Positions 1 to 12,827 of a stretch of DNA of 64,000 bases are shown one piece after another (the stretch's first letter is position 1; the number at the start of each line of letters is the position of its first letter). A program made the translations under genes and the position numbers. The DNA is from Cetorhinus maximus. Its lineage: Eukaryota. The DNA lies in contig NC_135888.1 of NCBI RefSeq assembly GCF_964194155.1, positions 15,004,001 to 15,068,000 of the forward strand, given 5' to 3'. The notes below the pieces were generated by a model, which was not told the origin of the DNA, ran no database searches, and saw only the letters and a list, made by a program, of their open reading frames with translations.

Positions 1-178
1 CCTTAAGCATCTGTGTCATGTACTGGAATACATTCTGCTGAATAGCAGTGCTTCCCAAGCGCCTAATTACATGAGTTGATTCATCCAGGTTCAACGTATG
101 ACGCAAAAGAGCCCAAGACAGCAGCACCGGTGCATGATGCGATATGTCCCCTAACGTCAGCAGCAACTTGTCCATCTC
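1..178 (-). CDS. NUP188: NUP188 exon 11, truncated by window edge (EMDKLLLTLGDISHHAPVLLSWALLRHTLN...)
   Basis: cttgcag acceptor at 179-181; matches HHAPVLLAWALLRHTLN. Confidence 0.93.
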
Positions 179-1080
179 CTGCAAGGGAGAGATAAATTTC
201 ATAGAAAATTTGAATCTCACTAATTATAGAAAGTGAGATTAAAAGGTCCTTCTGTAAAGATGGCACGACTGACACAGAACTCGAAATAACTAAATACTGA
301 ATTTGTTGGCTCATATCAGATACAATTTACAGCACATACAAGAATCAGGTCAATGAAAATCAGTCCACTGTTAACTAGTTTTCAATCATTGCGAAATCTG
401 GGGCACTCGGTGCAGAATACTCTTTACACCTTTCAAAACAACTACTGCTCTATCATGTAACATCCTCAAACACAATAGAAAGAAAAACAAAACAAAACAA
501 GAAACACAATCACAGAGTGTTTCAGGACAAATGAATAGACAATGCATTTGTGCATCTCTAGTAAAATGTTCAATCACAATCCATAGGATTTCCACCTTGT
601 TCTCAACCAAAAGGTGAGCAAACAAAGCTTCTGCTTTTAAACCTAAATAATTGAACAATTGTTAATTCTAGTGCAGTTTGGTCATCTTAAGAGAGGTATG
701 GTGGGGAAACCAATTGATCATTTCAGGATTAGAGCAAAATGCTACTACTGTAAAAGATTTTAAAAAATACCTAAAATATCTCATTAAGGCATACTCAGAC
801 AAGGACAAGGCAAAATTATTGCGATACACAAAATCAACAGGAGGCATTTGCAGCAGACAAACCAACTTTTATTGCTCAATTATCCAAATGAAAGTCAAAC
901 TCTCAAATTCCAGTTTCATAATGTTAACCTGTAGTCTGCAAACGGTTACAACAAACAAAGCCATGATGGCCCTGAATTAATCATACTGACAAAAGATTAT
1001 TTTGCTGCTCCACTCTAGTCCTCTCCCATTACACTGCACCCAACATGTAGCATTTCAGTGATTAAGGAAGAAAAGGTTAC

Positions 1081-1195
1081 CTGGCAAACTTCCCGAGCGT
1101 TAGCAAACTGATGTTGCTCCACTCGCTCCTCTAGAGCACATTTATGTAGGAAATCGATGTCCATTCCTTCCACCAGGATCAACGTGCTGAAATAC
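1081..1195 (-). CDS. NUP188: NUP188 exon 10 (YFSTLILVEGMDIDFLHKCALEERVEQHQFANAREVCQ)
   Basis: tctag|...|gtaacc, 115 nt, frame continuous. Confidence 0.95.
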
Positions 1196-1599
1196 CTAGA
1201 GAGAAAGGTCAGAGCTCATACGGCTGAAAGCCCATGGGAGAATGGACAGAGGACCTATATGACAGGAATGTATACATTTAATCAACGAGATAAACAATTA
1301 CTGTAATGTTTAAACTCTAAATTGCCCATAGTTAAAACTGCTGGAGATGCAAAAAGTAACAAATATTCAACAAAGTGAATTGGGGCTGATTAAGCTATTA
1401 TTCATAATCCTTTGTGATTTAAAAGGACTTTTTACTCCTCAATTCACCCTCCCCACTTTCTGAAGGGATCAAAAACTTGAGTATGGCAACGTAGACACCA
1501 ATCACCTTTGTTATGATATGACAGATAACATGTGCCAGGCGGATCAAATCCACAAGGGGAAACTTGATCATGGGGTTACAACTGTTTTACAATTTGTAT

Positions 1600-2430
1600 T
1601 TTATTTCCAGATGGGTACCCTGAATTCAGAAGTCATAAGACTACCAAGACTTCAGGGTTTTTTTTAGAAAACTAAATTAAACATTTATTAACAAGAGAAA
1701 AGATTTGAAGCACATACACAGGTCTACAATTACTACTATAATAACTCCTAAAACCCCTAATTTTAATCTGGCTCCTAGTTACACCTCTGTTAAGGAAACA
1801 GTAAAAACAAATAGATTTAAACAGACCCAGGCAAAGCAACATGATACCCTGGACAGTGACTTTCAAAGTGAGCTTTCTTAGCTTTGGTTCCTGTAGACAG
1901 CAACTTAATGCACAGAAGCTGGATGCTTTTCATACTTGTGTTAGATCTTAGAATTCCTTCTCCTCTGACACATACCCTCATCGCCTTTATACATGTTTCT
2001 CCCTTTTTCATGCAGATTCCATTGTTCCAACATGTCTTTGGAACTTTACCCCTCATAATATAAATCTTTTCATAGTACTAATTTTATCAGTAACCTTTGT
2101 AAAAAAATAAACACACTGTTTGGCTTGGCTTCTTCTGGCTATGTTAACATCTTACCATTTAAAATTCAAACTAACCTAATGTATCTAAAAATGCAAATGT
2201 TCCTTACACCTCACACTCAAACTTCAGCCAGGTTTACATATTTAGCATTTCAAACCTAACTTCCTTTTTGATGATGACTCAGACTCCAGGCTGGCTGTCT
2301 CCAATTCAATTAAATCCCACACACATATACAGAGAAACTATCCAAAACCCCACTATTAACCTAGTTTACAATAAATCACAATAATACTATGAAAATTATT
2401 ATATTTTCATGCCTTACTACTCTTGTGACA
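1600..2430 (-). mobile_element. Probable degenerate solo-LTR-like repeat
   Basis: Composition and motifs resemble the other LTR-like repeats in the window; ends not clearly defined. Confidence 0.3.
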
Positions 2431-3607
2431 CGGATAGTATATTAACAAACTATTGTTCTACACAAAGTGCATCAAATCTGAGCCCAATTCTGTCCTCAAC
2501 AACTTCCAGCACAGGTCATGATGCTGAACAATTGTCCTCTTCCTTAACCCTTGAGATGTAGCACATTTAACACCAACCCATCTTAAATCACCGTAAGCTG
2601 GGCATTACAATTATTGGGCAATCACCTGGGATTTCTCATGTATTTGGTACAAAGCCCTTGCATCCTATAAACGAAAGTATGACCTTATATGCACAATGTA
2701 ACAGAGTGAAATAGAACAACCTCGTTATTTTCTAAAAATAGAAGTAAATAAGAACTAAAACTGAAGCCCTATCATGCCCTCCTAGTCACCAGATATTGGG
2801 ATAATGGTACCAGGCCGTTTTGTTTACAGGGCAAAGCCAGTTCTGTTAACCATACCATCAGGAATATTTTCAGCAGAAGCCTTATGTGTGCGTGTCCAAT
2901 ATAGCCTGGTGTCTTTCTGGTCTGAATGGCCCTGCTACTCATTCAGACAATTAGCTCAGCCATTAAGATAATCCACCGTTAAACATTTAGGTATTATTTT
3001 ATACAGAACTCCAGGATTTACTGTGCACAGAATTGTTAAATGTAATTGTCATAGTGGAGGAACATCCATTCCTGTCTCTTTTTTTTCCTATTATAGTAGT
3101 TGTAACAGTCCATGCATTTTACATTCATCTTCAATTGAAGCTCACTTGACTATTTGTATGAAAGCAGAAATCAAATTATGATTAAGTCAGAAACTAGTGG
3201 GACACATATAATCAAATATATTTTAAGCACACTGGACAGCGCCATTTTGCATTGAAGCAGTGGAAGCAAGAAACATTCTAATGTATTGCTCAAAAAGTAG
3301 AAGGGGGTGAATGAAAGTGGAGACATCCTACTGTTGTCAAATAAACTGCGGCACAGGTGGTGCATAACCCAAAGTGTCAAATATCATTTTCAAACATTCT
3401 GGACCAGTGCAGAATGTAACATTCGGTAAGTGATGAAATTTACACATTTTTTCAACAATTTATTGCTGGATATTTGAAAATTTATCCATATAACATTACA
3501 TTATAAATCACAAAACACTTCAACTGAAAATTCTTAAAAAACCAATTCATCTCAAAAATTATTTAACTACTTGCACATCAATCCTTTCATCTCTAGCACA
3601 TACTCAC

Positions 3608-3819
3608 CCAATACGATCAACTAGCCCATCCATGCTTTCGTCTATAAGATGCCTGTTTGTTTGTCTTGTTCCAAATCCTTGCTCTTTAAATATTCGTGCA
3701 AAAGCCAGGAGGTCTTCTGGTCCCATCTCAAAATAGGCGTAATATAGGAAGATAATCTCCAAAATCAGGGCCTGTTCCTTTAGACACTGTACAAACCATC
3801 GAGACACTTGACGTTCCGT
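3608..3819 (-). CDS. NUP188: NUP188 exon 9 (TERQVSRWFVQCLKEQ...GLVDRIG)
   Basis: tgtag|...|gtgagt, 212 nt; overlaps ORF 3604..3807. Confidence 0.95.
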
Positions 3820-3918
3820 CTACAGAAAACATTGAAAGGAGTTAATGTAATATGGTCTGTGCTAATTGAATGCAGCTTAATCAGGGAACAGGGTTTCTGG
3901 AACAGGTAACTGAATAAT

Positions 3919-4898
3919 TGTTACAAATGTGAGCTTTTATGAGATTGTATGATTTGGCACAATGCTTAATATTGGGTAAAATGGAGGAATGAAAGCGGTC
4001 ATGTAGCCTGTTCTGAATTCTGTTAATAGCAAACCTGGGTGGTTTCATTGTTAAGATTAAAGGAGGGCCCAGGTTCTTTTACTGGGAAGAAGGTGCATGG
4101 GCAGAAGCATCTATCTGACAGTGGATAGACTTTAGATCTCCTGAGTCCCAGGAAGGTATTAAAGAATGTCATGTTTATAAACAGCTATGCTTTAACTATC
4201 TATTTAATTTCAAAATAGAATAAATTTGGGAGTCTAATCGGATAGCTAATCAGTATGTCTACCTGGATACCAGGCCCATGTGATTCACGTGGACATGGAG
4301 ATGAGCTTCAAGAGGGGGAGGGTGCCTAAGTAGCCACTGTAGGATCACATTACAAGGTTCCCCTTTAATATATATCCCCAAATTTCATAGACAGAGCAGA
4401 TAGAGGTGGTAATTCTCTACAGTTCCCCACACAGAGATACAGGTGGGAGCTCAAGTTCAGATTGAAAAGACTAAATTCATGAGTATTTAAAACTAAGCTG
4501 GGAGATTTACTTAGCTTGAGCTAGGGGGAGAATCTCCAGGAAAATCTTCACCGTGAAAGACAGTTAAAAGTTATCAGGCTGGGAAAAGAAAAGAACGGAA
4601 GTAAACCCTTGGGAGTTAGGAATCACTTTGGACTGGTTCCGGTGGAACTGAATGTCTACTAAGGGACAGTGTAAGTTATAACTATGGAACGGGAGATTTT
4701 TGGGTCATTTCAAACGGTAAAAGGGGAAAATTCTAAGTTTAAGTTGCCTACAAAAATAGTGTTTGGTCAACGTTGGTTTAGTTATTTGTTGTAGTAAAAG
4801 TTGTAACGCTTTAAATCTTGTGGTGTGATCCTTTAAGCTGGTCACTGGGAATTCAAATTTCTTTTTAAAAGTTATCTGTTTCTACAGAGATCATAATA
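3919..4898 (+). mobile_element. Probable solo LTR-like element
   Basis: Starts TGTTAC, ends in decayed CATAATA; TAAT at both flanks could be a TSD. Confidence 0.4.
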
Positions 4899-5502
4899 AT
4901 GGAAGGTTCTGTAGCATAAACTGCCTTTGGAGATTTCGGAAATGTTATACATAAAAATAACTATCTTATTCAGGTTAAGTCTGAAAAGGGTGACCCCCAA
5001 GAAGAGAGAGAATTCTAAGTATACATAATTAAGCCAAAGCGCTTAAGCTTGGAGAAATGGCTGCACAGTACTGGCTACAATCTATACATTTCTAATAAGT
5101 AAGCTAATCACTGATTCACAGGTGAACAATTGAGGTTTATTTACTCTCACTGAGTTTCAAAGGATGAGATAAGCAGCAGCAGCAGTGTGGCCCCATAGAA
5201 ACACTTCAGGCAGAATTTTCTGTACCCGCTGGCAACGGGCGTGATAGGTGGCGTGAGCGATTGGTTTCATGACAGTGGGAAGGTCATTTGTGATTGTCTG
5301 CTTGGCCCGCCAATGGTGGGCCGTTTGATACCATCGGTCGTCGGGAACCTCATTATAATACATCAGCATATTATCAAGCCATCCCACCAGGCTCTTGCAA
5401 AGTAGCTGGATCGTCTGAGGCAGCTTCTGAGGGTCGGATGGGGGCGGGGGGAAACAAATGTAGCATTGCCTTGAGGTGACCTACTTGGGGGGAAGGGGGG
5501 GA

Positions 5503-5503
<1 letters not shown>

Positions 5504-5531
<28 letters not shown>
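5504..5531. repeat. (TG)n microsatellite within the Harbinger
   Basis: About 14 TG units. Confidence 0.9.
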
Positions 5532-5534
<3 letters not shown>

Positions 5535-6259
5535 ACTTGCCTTCAGGTGATGGCAATTGCAGTCTTGCCGTTGAGGTGACTTGTTGGGGGGTGGGGCCAA
5601 ATGCAGCCTTGCCATTGAGGCGACTGGTGGCAGGCGGGTAGTGGTGGTTAAAGGGAGCCCTGCCTCTGAGGCGACTGGTGGCAGGGCGGGAGGGGCATGG
5701 GCAAGGGCAGCCCTGCCGTTGAATATAGCACACAAGCAATTGGGGGTGGGATAGGGAAGAGGCCATGCATTCGGGAAACCTGTAGAAAGTGACCATTCCT
5801 CTGCAACTGAGACAGTTCAGGCAGAGACACATTGATATTATTGGGGTCGGACTCCGAACTTATCTGGCCACTCAAGCAACGCAGAGGCATCGAAGTGCCA
5901 CCAAGTTCTGCAGAGCCTCCCCAACCCCCCATCCCCCCGACACAGACTGCAAATTCATGAACACCTTAGTGGGCTGCAGAGCAGTTGGACTGCACAGAAT
6001 GTACAATCTCCTTGCTAAAGCTGACCATGTAGCAGACACTACTGGAGGCACTCACAGACTCTTGCAATGTCAGCATCCCGGTTTAGAACAGTGTCCCCCA
6101 CAGTTCCAGCTAACATGGTAGCCACGCAACACTCTAATCTCCAGCCATCCAAGTGGTGGGCAGCACTCTCCAGGAAGCGTTATGGGGCCGTCACACTTAA
6201 CTACGACAGGTTCTTAATACACCCATGCTGACCACTTGTCTCTCTCTTCCATCCTGCAG

Positions 6260-7507
6260 GAGGAGCACTTATGGGTCATAGAGTCTGGTGAACTAGCTGT
6301 ACACCTGATGGCCTACAAAGCATGAAGAGGAGAGGAGAGCGCGACTGAGGCTCCTGGCTGCACAGACGCAGGAGCAGCAGCCTTAGGAAGAAGGGGTGGC
6401 CAGGGCTCCCGCACGCGCCGCCCAAGGGGCACAGCGAGCCGTTGCTGGTCAGCACCCAGTAACACCCAGGGTCTATAGACGCTGCCTTTCACCTTGCAGA
6501 TGACCGAGAACCCGTGTCGCCGAATGCTGCGCATGTCTAGGGAACTGGTCGCTCACACCTGCCATTTACTGCAGGATTTGGCACCACAGGGACATGGAGG
6601 GCATCCACTACCAATGGCTGTGAAAGTGACTGCAGTGCTCAGTTTCTATGCCAGTGGCTCCTTTCAGGACTCCACAGGTGACATCTGTGGGATCTCTCAA
6701 GTCTCCACCCAAAAATGCAGCCATGAGGTCACGGATGCTACGACGGCACGCAACTTTGTTCGTTTTGCCCGGGACCAGGACAGCCAGGACGCAAGAGCGA
6801 TTGGATTCTCCCAGATCTCAGGTTTCCCACAGGCACAAGGTACGATTGACTGCACTCATGTGGCGCTCAGATCTCCATCGCAACACACGATGGACTACAT
6901 CAATCGCAAGGACTTCCATTCCCTGAATGAGCAGCTGGTGTGCGAACACCAGAAATGCATTCGGCAGGCGTGTGCACAGTTTCCAGGGAGTGTGCACGAC
7001 GCCTACATCCTCAGTTGGTCACAGGTCCCTAGTGTCTTCAAGGTCCATAGAGGCTACAGGGATGGCTCCTCGGGGACAAGGGGGCCGTGGTTGATGACGC
7101 CCGTTAGGTGGCCTCGGACTGCAGCAGAGTGACAGTATATTGAGTCTCAAGCTGCAGCTCACAACTAGGTGGAGCAGACCATCGGGATGCTGAAGATGAG
7201 GTTCCAGTGCCTGGACCGGTCTGGTGGAGCCCTACAACACAGTTCGCAGAGGGTGTCTCGCATCGTTGTCATCTGCTGCGCCCTTTACAACCTGGCGCTC
7301 CAATGAGACGACAAGCTAGCTGAGAAGGAGATGGAGGAGCTGCACGTCTCCTGCGATGAGGAGGATGCCAACAGCGATAAGGCTGAGGAGGTCCTCTGAG
7401 GCGGCGATGACAGGGACGAGGCCCTCGCACTAGCTAACCGAGGCAGGCGCGCTCAGGAGGCCCTCATAGCTGCTAGATTTGTGAAGGATGATGACAGCAC
7501 GCAGTGA
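6260..7507 (+). pseudogene. Harbinger (HARBI1-like DDE) transposase, frameshifted with stops
   Basis: GFPQAQGTIDCTHV, YINRKDFHSLN.QLVC, FPGSVHDAYIL, then in another frame VEQTIGMLKMRFQCLD; acceptor at 6259. Confidence 0.9.
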
Positions 7508-8244
7508 GGTGACGCCATAGTTCCTCATATCACATTTGTGAACATTTTGAGTCCCGTCAGGCTTATGGCAGTGCGAATACCCTCTGTGAGAATGCTCCTG
7601 TCATGGAGACGCGGTGGAGGCCCTAATAGCCACTCGATTGCAGGAGGATGATGACGACATCCATTAAGGACACTCCATAAATCTTCACACAGCCTCTGAG
7701 GATGTCTGACTCCTGTCTGGCTGAGGGCAGCTCGCTTGCACTCCGTGATCAGGGTCACGTCATAGAGACGCAGCCATGAAACTTTAGAAGTATCTGATGC
7801 TTTGTCCGCCTTCGACACATGAACCCTTCAGGAGCTGGAGCATAGCATCAGTGGTCACAGATGAAGAGATGGGTGCCAGTCCCTCCATAAAGGTGCTGAG
7901 GGCACACCGAGAGACTGAGAGAACTCTGTGGTGCCTGCCTATTACATTCTGGCAGCAATGACAACCGCTGCCGAGGTACAGGCATCAGTAATGTTTCCAG
8001 AAAGTGAGGGGCCAAACCATCACTTAGGTCTGAAAACTGCACAGAGCACAGGGAAGAGGCCCTGGACTGAGACACCTGCCTTTATCTTATGCAGAAAGGT
8101 TTCACATCTGAGTGACAAGAACACTGCTCATCAGAACAAGGAGCCATAGGCAGGAAGACATTCTTGGGAGTTTATTGACAATAGTGAACAGTATGTACAA
8201 GTGATTAACATCCATGCCCAGGTTGTGCAACTAATTCTCCTTAA

Positions 8245-8984
8245 GTGCACGGCCTTCACTTCCTTGCCCTCGCCCGCCACCCAGGCACGCCCTGGCGTGC
8301 CTTGTTGCCGTCCGGTGACGGAGGACCCCGTTGGGGGGGCCCTCTACGGAGGTGTCCTCCCGCTTTCCATCAGGGACCTGGGATGGAGGGTGTTGCATGC
8401 AGCAGGTCCCTATTATCGTAGGATGTGACGGTTCATAGACTCCCAAGATACCGGCCCTTTTTGCGGTCTTGTGGAGTCCGTGGACCACGTTTACGTAGAG
8501 TGTTGTAGACTGCACTCCCTTTTCAGTTATTTAAAAAACCTTTTATTACTGTTTTGTTTGCACTTCAGTCCCACGCTCCGGATTTACGAGCACCCAGTGC
8601 GGAGGGGGGCCTGGAGGGAGGAGGAACTCCTCGTGAACCTGCTCCAGGGCCTGGCCAAGTTAGCCATTAACAGGTCCAGGCAGTGGGCGATCGAGGGGGT
8701 TGTATGACCCGACTGTTTGCCCCTCTTTCGCGGTTACGTTCGCGGCTGGGTGTCCCTGGAGAGGGAGCACGCAGTGTCTGCTGGCACCGTCGAGGCCTTC
8801 CGTGCCCAGTGGGCACTGCGGGGACTGGGGTACTTTATCGACCCCTTTAATCACATTTTGGTTTAATGTTTGTAAGTTTTCTTTAAACTTTGTCTTTGGC
8901 TTTACAGCTATTCTAATTTAGGGGCTGTGTTTACTTTATCCCTCATTTTGTTAATTTAGTTTATTTGGTTGACTCTAAAGGAGT
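8245..8984 (+). mobile_element. 5'-truncated Tx1-like (L1 clade) LINE nested in the Harbinger
   Basis: DLGWRVLH...FCGLVESVDHVYVECCRL zinc-knuckle C-terminus, LAKLAINRSR; T-rich 3' UTR; 13-bp TSD TAATTCTCCTTAA at 8232 and 8985. Confidence 0.85.
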
Positions 8985-10661
8985 TAATTCTCCTTAACTG
9001 TCCTAACCCTGCCACTACATCTTGGTGCCCCCTGGACATCCACAGCGGAGGTGGAGGCAGCCTGCTGACTGCGTCGCCGTGTCTGGGGTTACTTTGGCAG
9101 GCGTCCTTTGGAGGGCTGCGGCTTGGAGGGCCCCGGCCTGCTTTCATGGTCCTGCTGTGAGGCAGTGGCACCCTCCTCGGTTTGCGGAGCTAGAGCTGCT
9201 GAGGTTACAGGAAGAGGGGTGTTGGATGGGCCGGACACTCTGACTCACCTGGATGGATGGGCCCCAAAGTGTGCACCTGCGGATCCTCCTCCCTATGGGT
9301 GCCCAGGGGCCCCAGGCTGACTCCTTGAGGAGCAGGGGTAGCTGGAGTGAGATTGAGCTGCCTGGCACTCTTCTCGCGTACATACTATTGGAGGCCAACT
9401 ATGTCATCAGCAATGGAGTTGAGCCTGCGCAGCAGTGCAAGAGCAAAGTCCTGGACCAAGGTCTCCATGGTGGCTACCATCCTACCAGTGTTGACCTCAG
9501 TGCATTGGCATGCCACGCTATCCCCTCTTAGTGAAGGCGAACGGACTCCTCCATCGTGCCTTGCAATCTGAGGAGTGCAGCAGACATACCTTCCTGATGC
9601 TCTCAAGCTTGTCTTTGCAGCTCCAGCAACTATGACAACCGAGTCCAGAGGCTTGTCATCTGACTCAGAAACGTTCTGGCCTCCAGCAGTCCTCCGAGTG
9701 CCGGACACCTGGGAAGTCCCTGCCACTGCCTGCAGTGGATCAGACAGTGCAAAGCGCTCACCACATTGTGATCCCAGGGCCACTCTAAAGCTAGATCCCA
9801 CCAAGGTGTAGGCTCTGCACTGGTGGAGGGTGTGGGTGAGCACTGTGACGGGACATCAAGGATGGTGCCTCCAGATTCCTCTTCAGAGGTTTATTCAGGG
9901 GCTTGATTGGAGGGCCTGGGTCATGGCTGCTGGCTGTTTAGCAGATGTGCCTGCGAAAGCAAAGAGAGATAATTAGCGCATGGCAGTAGCCTGTGAAAGA
10001 GGATACATTGCTCTCAGCATGGTTGTCTGATGGATGTTGCACTGCTGGATCCTCCTTGGTAGAGCAGCACCGACCTCACCATCAGCACAGGACTGGTCTG
10101 GATCCTCACCGGCCAGCTGGATGGCTCTGTTTTCAAAGTCCGTGAGGACCTCAATTCAGGCATTCTGCCACTGGTCTCTCTCTTGCTGTGTGCCAGCTTG
10201 TCCTACATGGTTAGAGATGGAGAAAGTGTAAGCAGGGTACCTGCCAGGCCAGATGACAAGTACACCTGGCCTGTGTGGGAGTTGAGCGGTCCCACGGACG
10301 GGATGAGGACAATGGAGAGTGAATGATGACGTCCCTTGAACCGGCAGTAAATGCGGGCCCTGTGGATGGGTGATGGGTTTGAGAGTGAGAGTGTTGAGTG
10401 ATGAGATGAGTGACTTACCCTGACGGAACAGAGGAGATCATTCATCTTCTTGTGGCACTGGGTGGCTGTCCTCTTTTGCAGGGCATTGGCACCGACCACC
10501 GCTGCCACTGCCTCCCAAACTAGGTTAGTGCTGTTGCTGCCCATGCTGCAGCCAGAGCTGGGGTTGAGGACATTCTGGCGGGCCTCCATGGCATCCAAAA
10601 GTCGCTTGAGAAATGCGTCGCTGAACCCGTGGGCTGCAGTCTTCTTCAGTTTCAGGGCCAT
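8984..10661 (-). pseudogene. Harbinger Myb/SANT-like DNA-binding protein gene (spliced, degenerate)
   Basis: Exon 10419-10661: FSDAFLKRLLDAMEARQNVL...WEAVAAVV...RTATQCHKKMNDL, donor GG|GTAAGT; further acceptors near 10202 and 9951; C-terminus ...GRVRTVKEN-stop; AATAAA on minus at 8171-8176. Confidence 0.8.
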
Positions 10662-11107
10662 GTCTTCTGTGCAGCAGTGGTGAGCTGGAAGCACTGAGAT
10701 GTGTGCTTGCAGCTGGACTTTAAACATGGCACCCGGTGTGATGCAGCAGCAGGGTGATGGCAGGCGGGTGAATGAGAGCCCACCCGCCTTGGAAACAGCG
10801 TGTTTCCCAGGAGTGCATAAATAATGAGGCAGGATCAGGACAACAGAGTGTGAAACCCGTCATTCCGGCCAGCGGGCAAAAAGTCACTTTACCCACCCGC
10901 TACCGCACTTAGTACAAATTTGGGAAAATTCCGTCTCTCCTGTCAGCAGGTTATGGATGATGGCCATATAAAAGTCACGATCATGATGTTCCTGCCTTTC
11001 TCTGTGATGCAGGAAGTATAGCAACAGGAAACAATAGTTTGGAAGAGGGCGAGGTAAATAACATAAAAAATAATTTAAATAAATACAAAATTAGGGATTG
11101 TACGTAC

Positions 11108-11227
11108 CATTAGATTCCCATGTGTTTCCCAAGTTGGAGCTTCAGTTCTGAACAATTCTTCAAACTGCTTCCGATAATTCACGACCAGTTCCTTCTCCAG
11201 CTTGTCAACACATTTTGAATACTCAAC
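11108..11227 (-). CDS. NUP188: NUP188 exon 8 (VEYSKCVDKLEKELVVNYRKQFEELFRTEAPTWETHGNLM)
   Basis: tatag|...|gtacgt, 120 nt. Confidence 0.95.
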
Positions 11228-11520
11228 CTATAGAATAAATCAATATTAATAGCTCATCAGTTGTTATAATTGACATACAGTATAACCAATAATAATTTTG
11301 TGCTATTCAGTTACCATCATTGATTTTCTGTGAAACCGAAGTACACAATGAGCAATATGTACCAATTCATTACATACTTATCAACAGTGCAATATAGAAA
11401 GTAATTCAACTTTTAGCTCTAAATAGTAGTAGGTGCCATAACAATTCCCAACAACTTTTCACTAAGCTGTGCAGTTTAAATATCATGTGAATAGTCCATT
11501 TCTGCATTAATTCAACTCAC

Positions 11521-11613
11521 CCTGTAAGGGTGTCGTTCATCCTGAAAATACGTGAGTAGGTATAGAACACAGCGTAATGTGTACAGTCTTTCCTCATAAT
11601 AGTATTCTGCAAT
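11521..11613 (-). CDS. NUP188: NUP188 exon 7 (IAEYYYEERLYTLRCVLYLLTYFQDERHPYR)
   Basis: ctcag|...|gtgagt, 93 nt. Confidence 0.95.
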
Positions 11614-12782
11614 CTGAGCACAGGAAGACAAGAAATACAGAATTTCAAGAAAAACACACAAAATTGGAAAATAAGTTGCAATAATTACCAGCCAATTTCA
11701 CACTGAACAAAAGAATTAAGTTTTATATTTTTGAGTGCAGTTGACATTTTTTTCCTGTTACAATGTCACCTCCCACTGACACAAATTCATTGATGGACTA
11801 AACGATCCAAGTCACATTGCACAGTCAACGGGTCAGGCAAAATGGCAAATTTTTTCCACAGTCAAGATAAATGACTTTACATAAGTTCTGGTGGCTTGGC
11901 TTTTGTAATTCTGCCCCAAAGAATGAACAGAAGCCATCACGCCCCTGGCAGATCAATTAAAGCCATGGCAACAGTGAAAACCACAACCCTCTGGACTGTT
12001 TATTAGAAAATACACTCACCAGAGTTAAAGGCGGCTATTACATCAAAGAAAAAAAAAGCACTGAAAACATCTATTTCCCTAGTACCACCCAGTTTCTGAG
12101 CTGAAAGCAATATATAAAGCGGTATTTAATTGTCTATTTCAGATAACTGCACATCAGACCACAGTGACCATACATTGCTTTTGCATTCATTTCCAGTTTG
12201 CTATATGACATCAAGTACAATTTCTCCCATTTCAGTACTTAAAATTAGGAAAGACAGAGTGGATTGATGTCATCCCACATCACAATGGTCTGAAACGAGA
12301 TCAAAAAACAGTTCTGCTTAGAAAACTCCCAAATTGAGAGTCAAGTACTTGAGAATTGAACAGTAAAAAAATAAACAAACAAGGTGTTAAATTCAATTTT
12401 TAAACATAAGTGCATGTGCTAGGGAAATAAAAAACTGAAGAATAACTTGACAGTCAGGGACACATTTCTTTAAATGCTTTGTTTTTTTTTAATCTTTCAA
12501 ATTAAGATCTTAGGTTCTGCCTTAACCTCTTCCATTTAAGTGTCTCCTGCATGCAATCAGGAGACATGAACCTTTAATCCAACAGCAACTGTCCCTCTTT
12601 TACCTCCCCGTTGTGTGTAGTCACAACTTCCATTCAGTCTTCCCCGCAGCAGCCCGACAGATTGGGAACTCAGTGGGGTTTGTGAGGAGGCAGAGATCAA
12701 ATTGGCATTCTTCATTACCACAGCCCTACCTGCTGGCTGCAGACGGGTGCTGTACTTTTTATGTTTAAACATAACCATATAC

Positions 12783-12827
12783 CTTCAGTTGCAGGGCCTG
12801 GCTCTGTCTCTCATCCTGCAACACTGC
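12783..12827 (-). CDS. NUP188: NUP188 exon 6 (AVLQDERQSQALQLK)
   Basis: tttcag|...|gtatat, 45 nt; matches VLQDERQSQAL. Confidence 0.95.

Larger units (their letters stand above)
5208..10936 (+). mobile_element. PIF/Harbinger DNA transposon, near full length, degenerate, in NUP188 intron 8
   Basis: Imperfect TIRs AGGCAGAATTTTC (5208) / revcomp AGACGGAATTTTC (10936); 3-bp flanks TTC/CTC; convergent transposase and Myb/SANT genes. Confidence 0.9.

Noticed and set aside
6494-7132. Domesticated HARBI1 or a host Myb/SANT gene
   Set aside because: Frameshifts and stops, TIRs on both sides and intronic position indicate a decayed transposon
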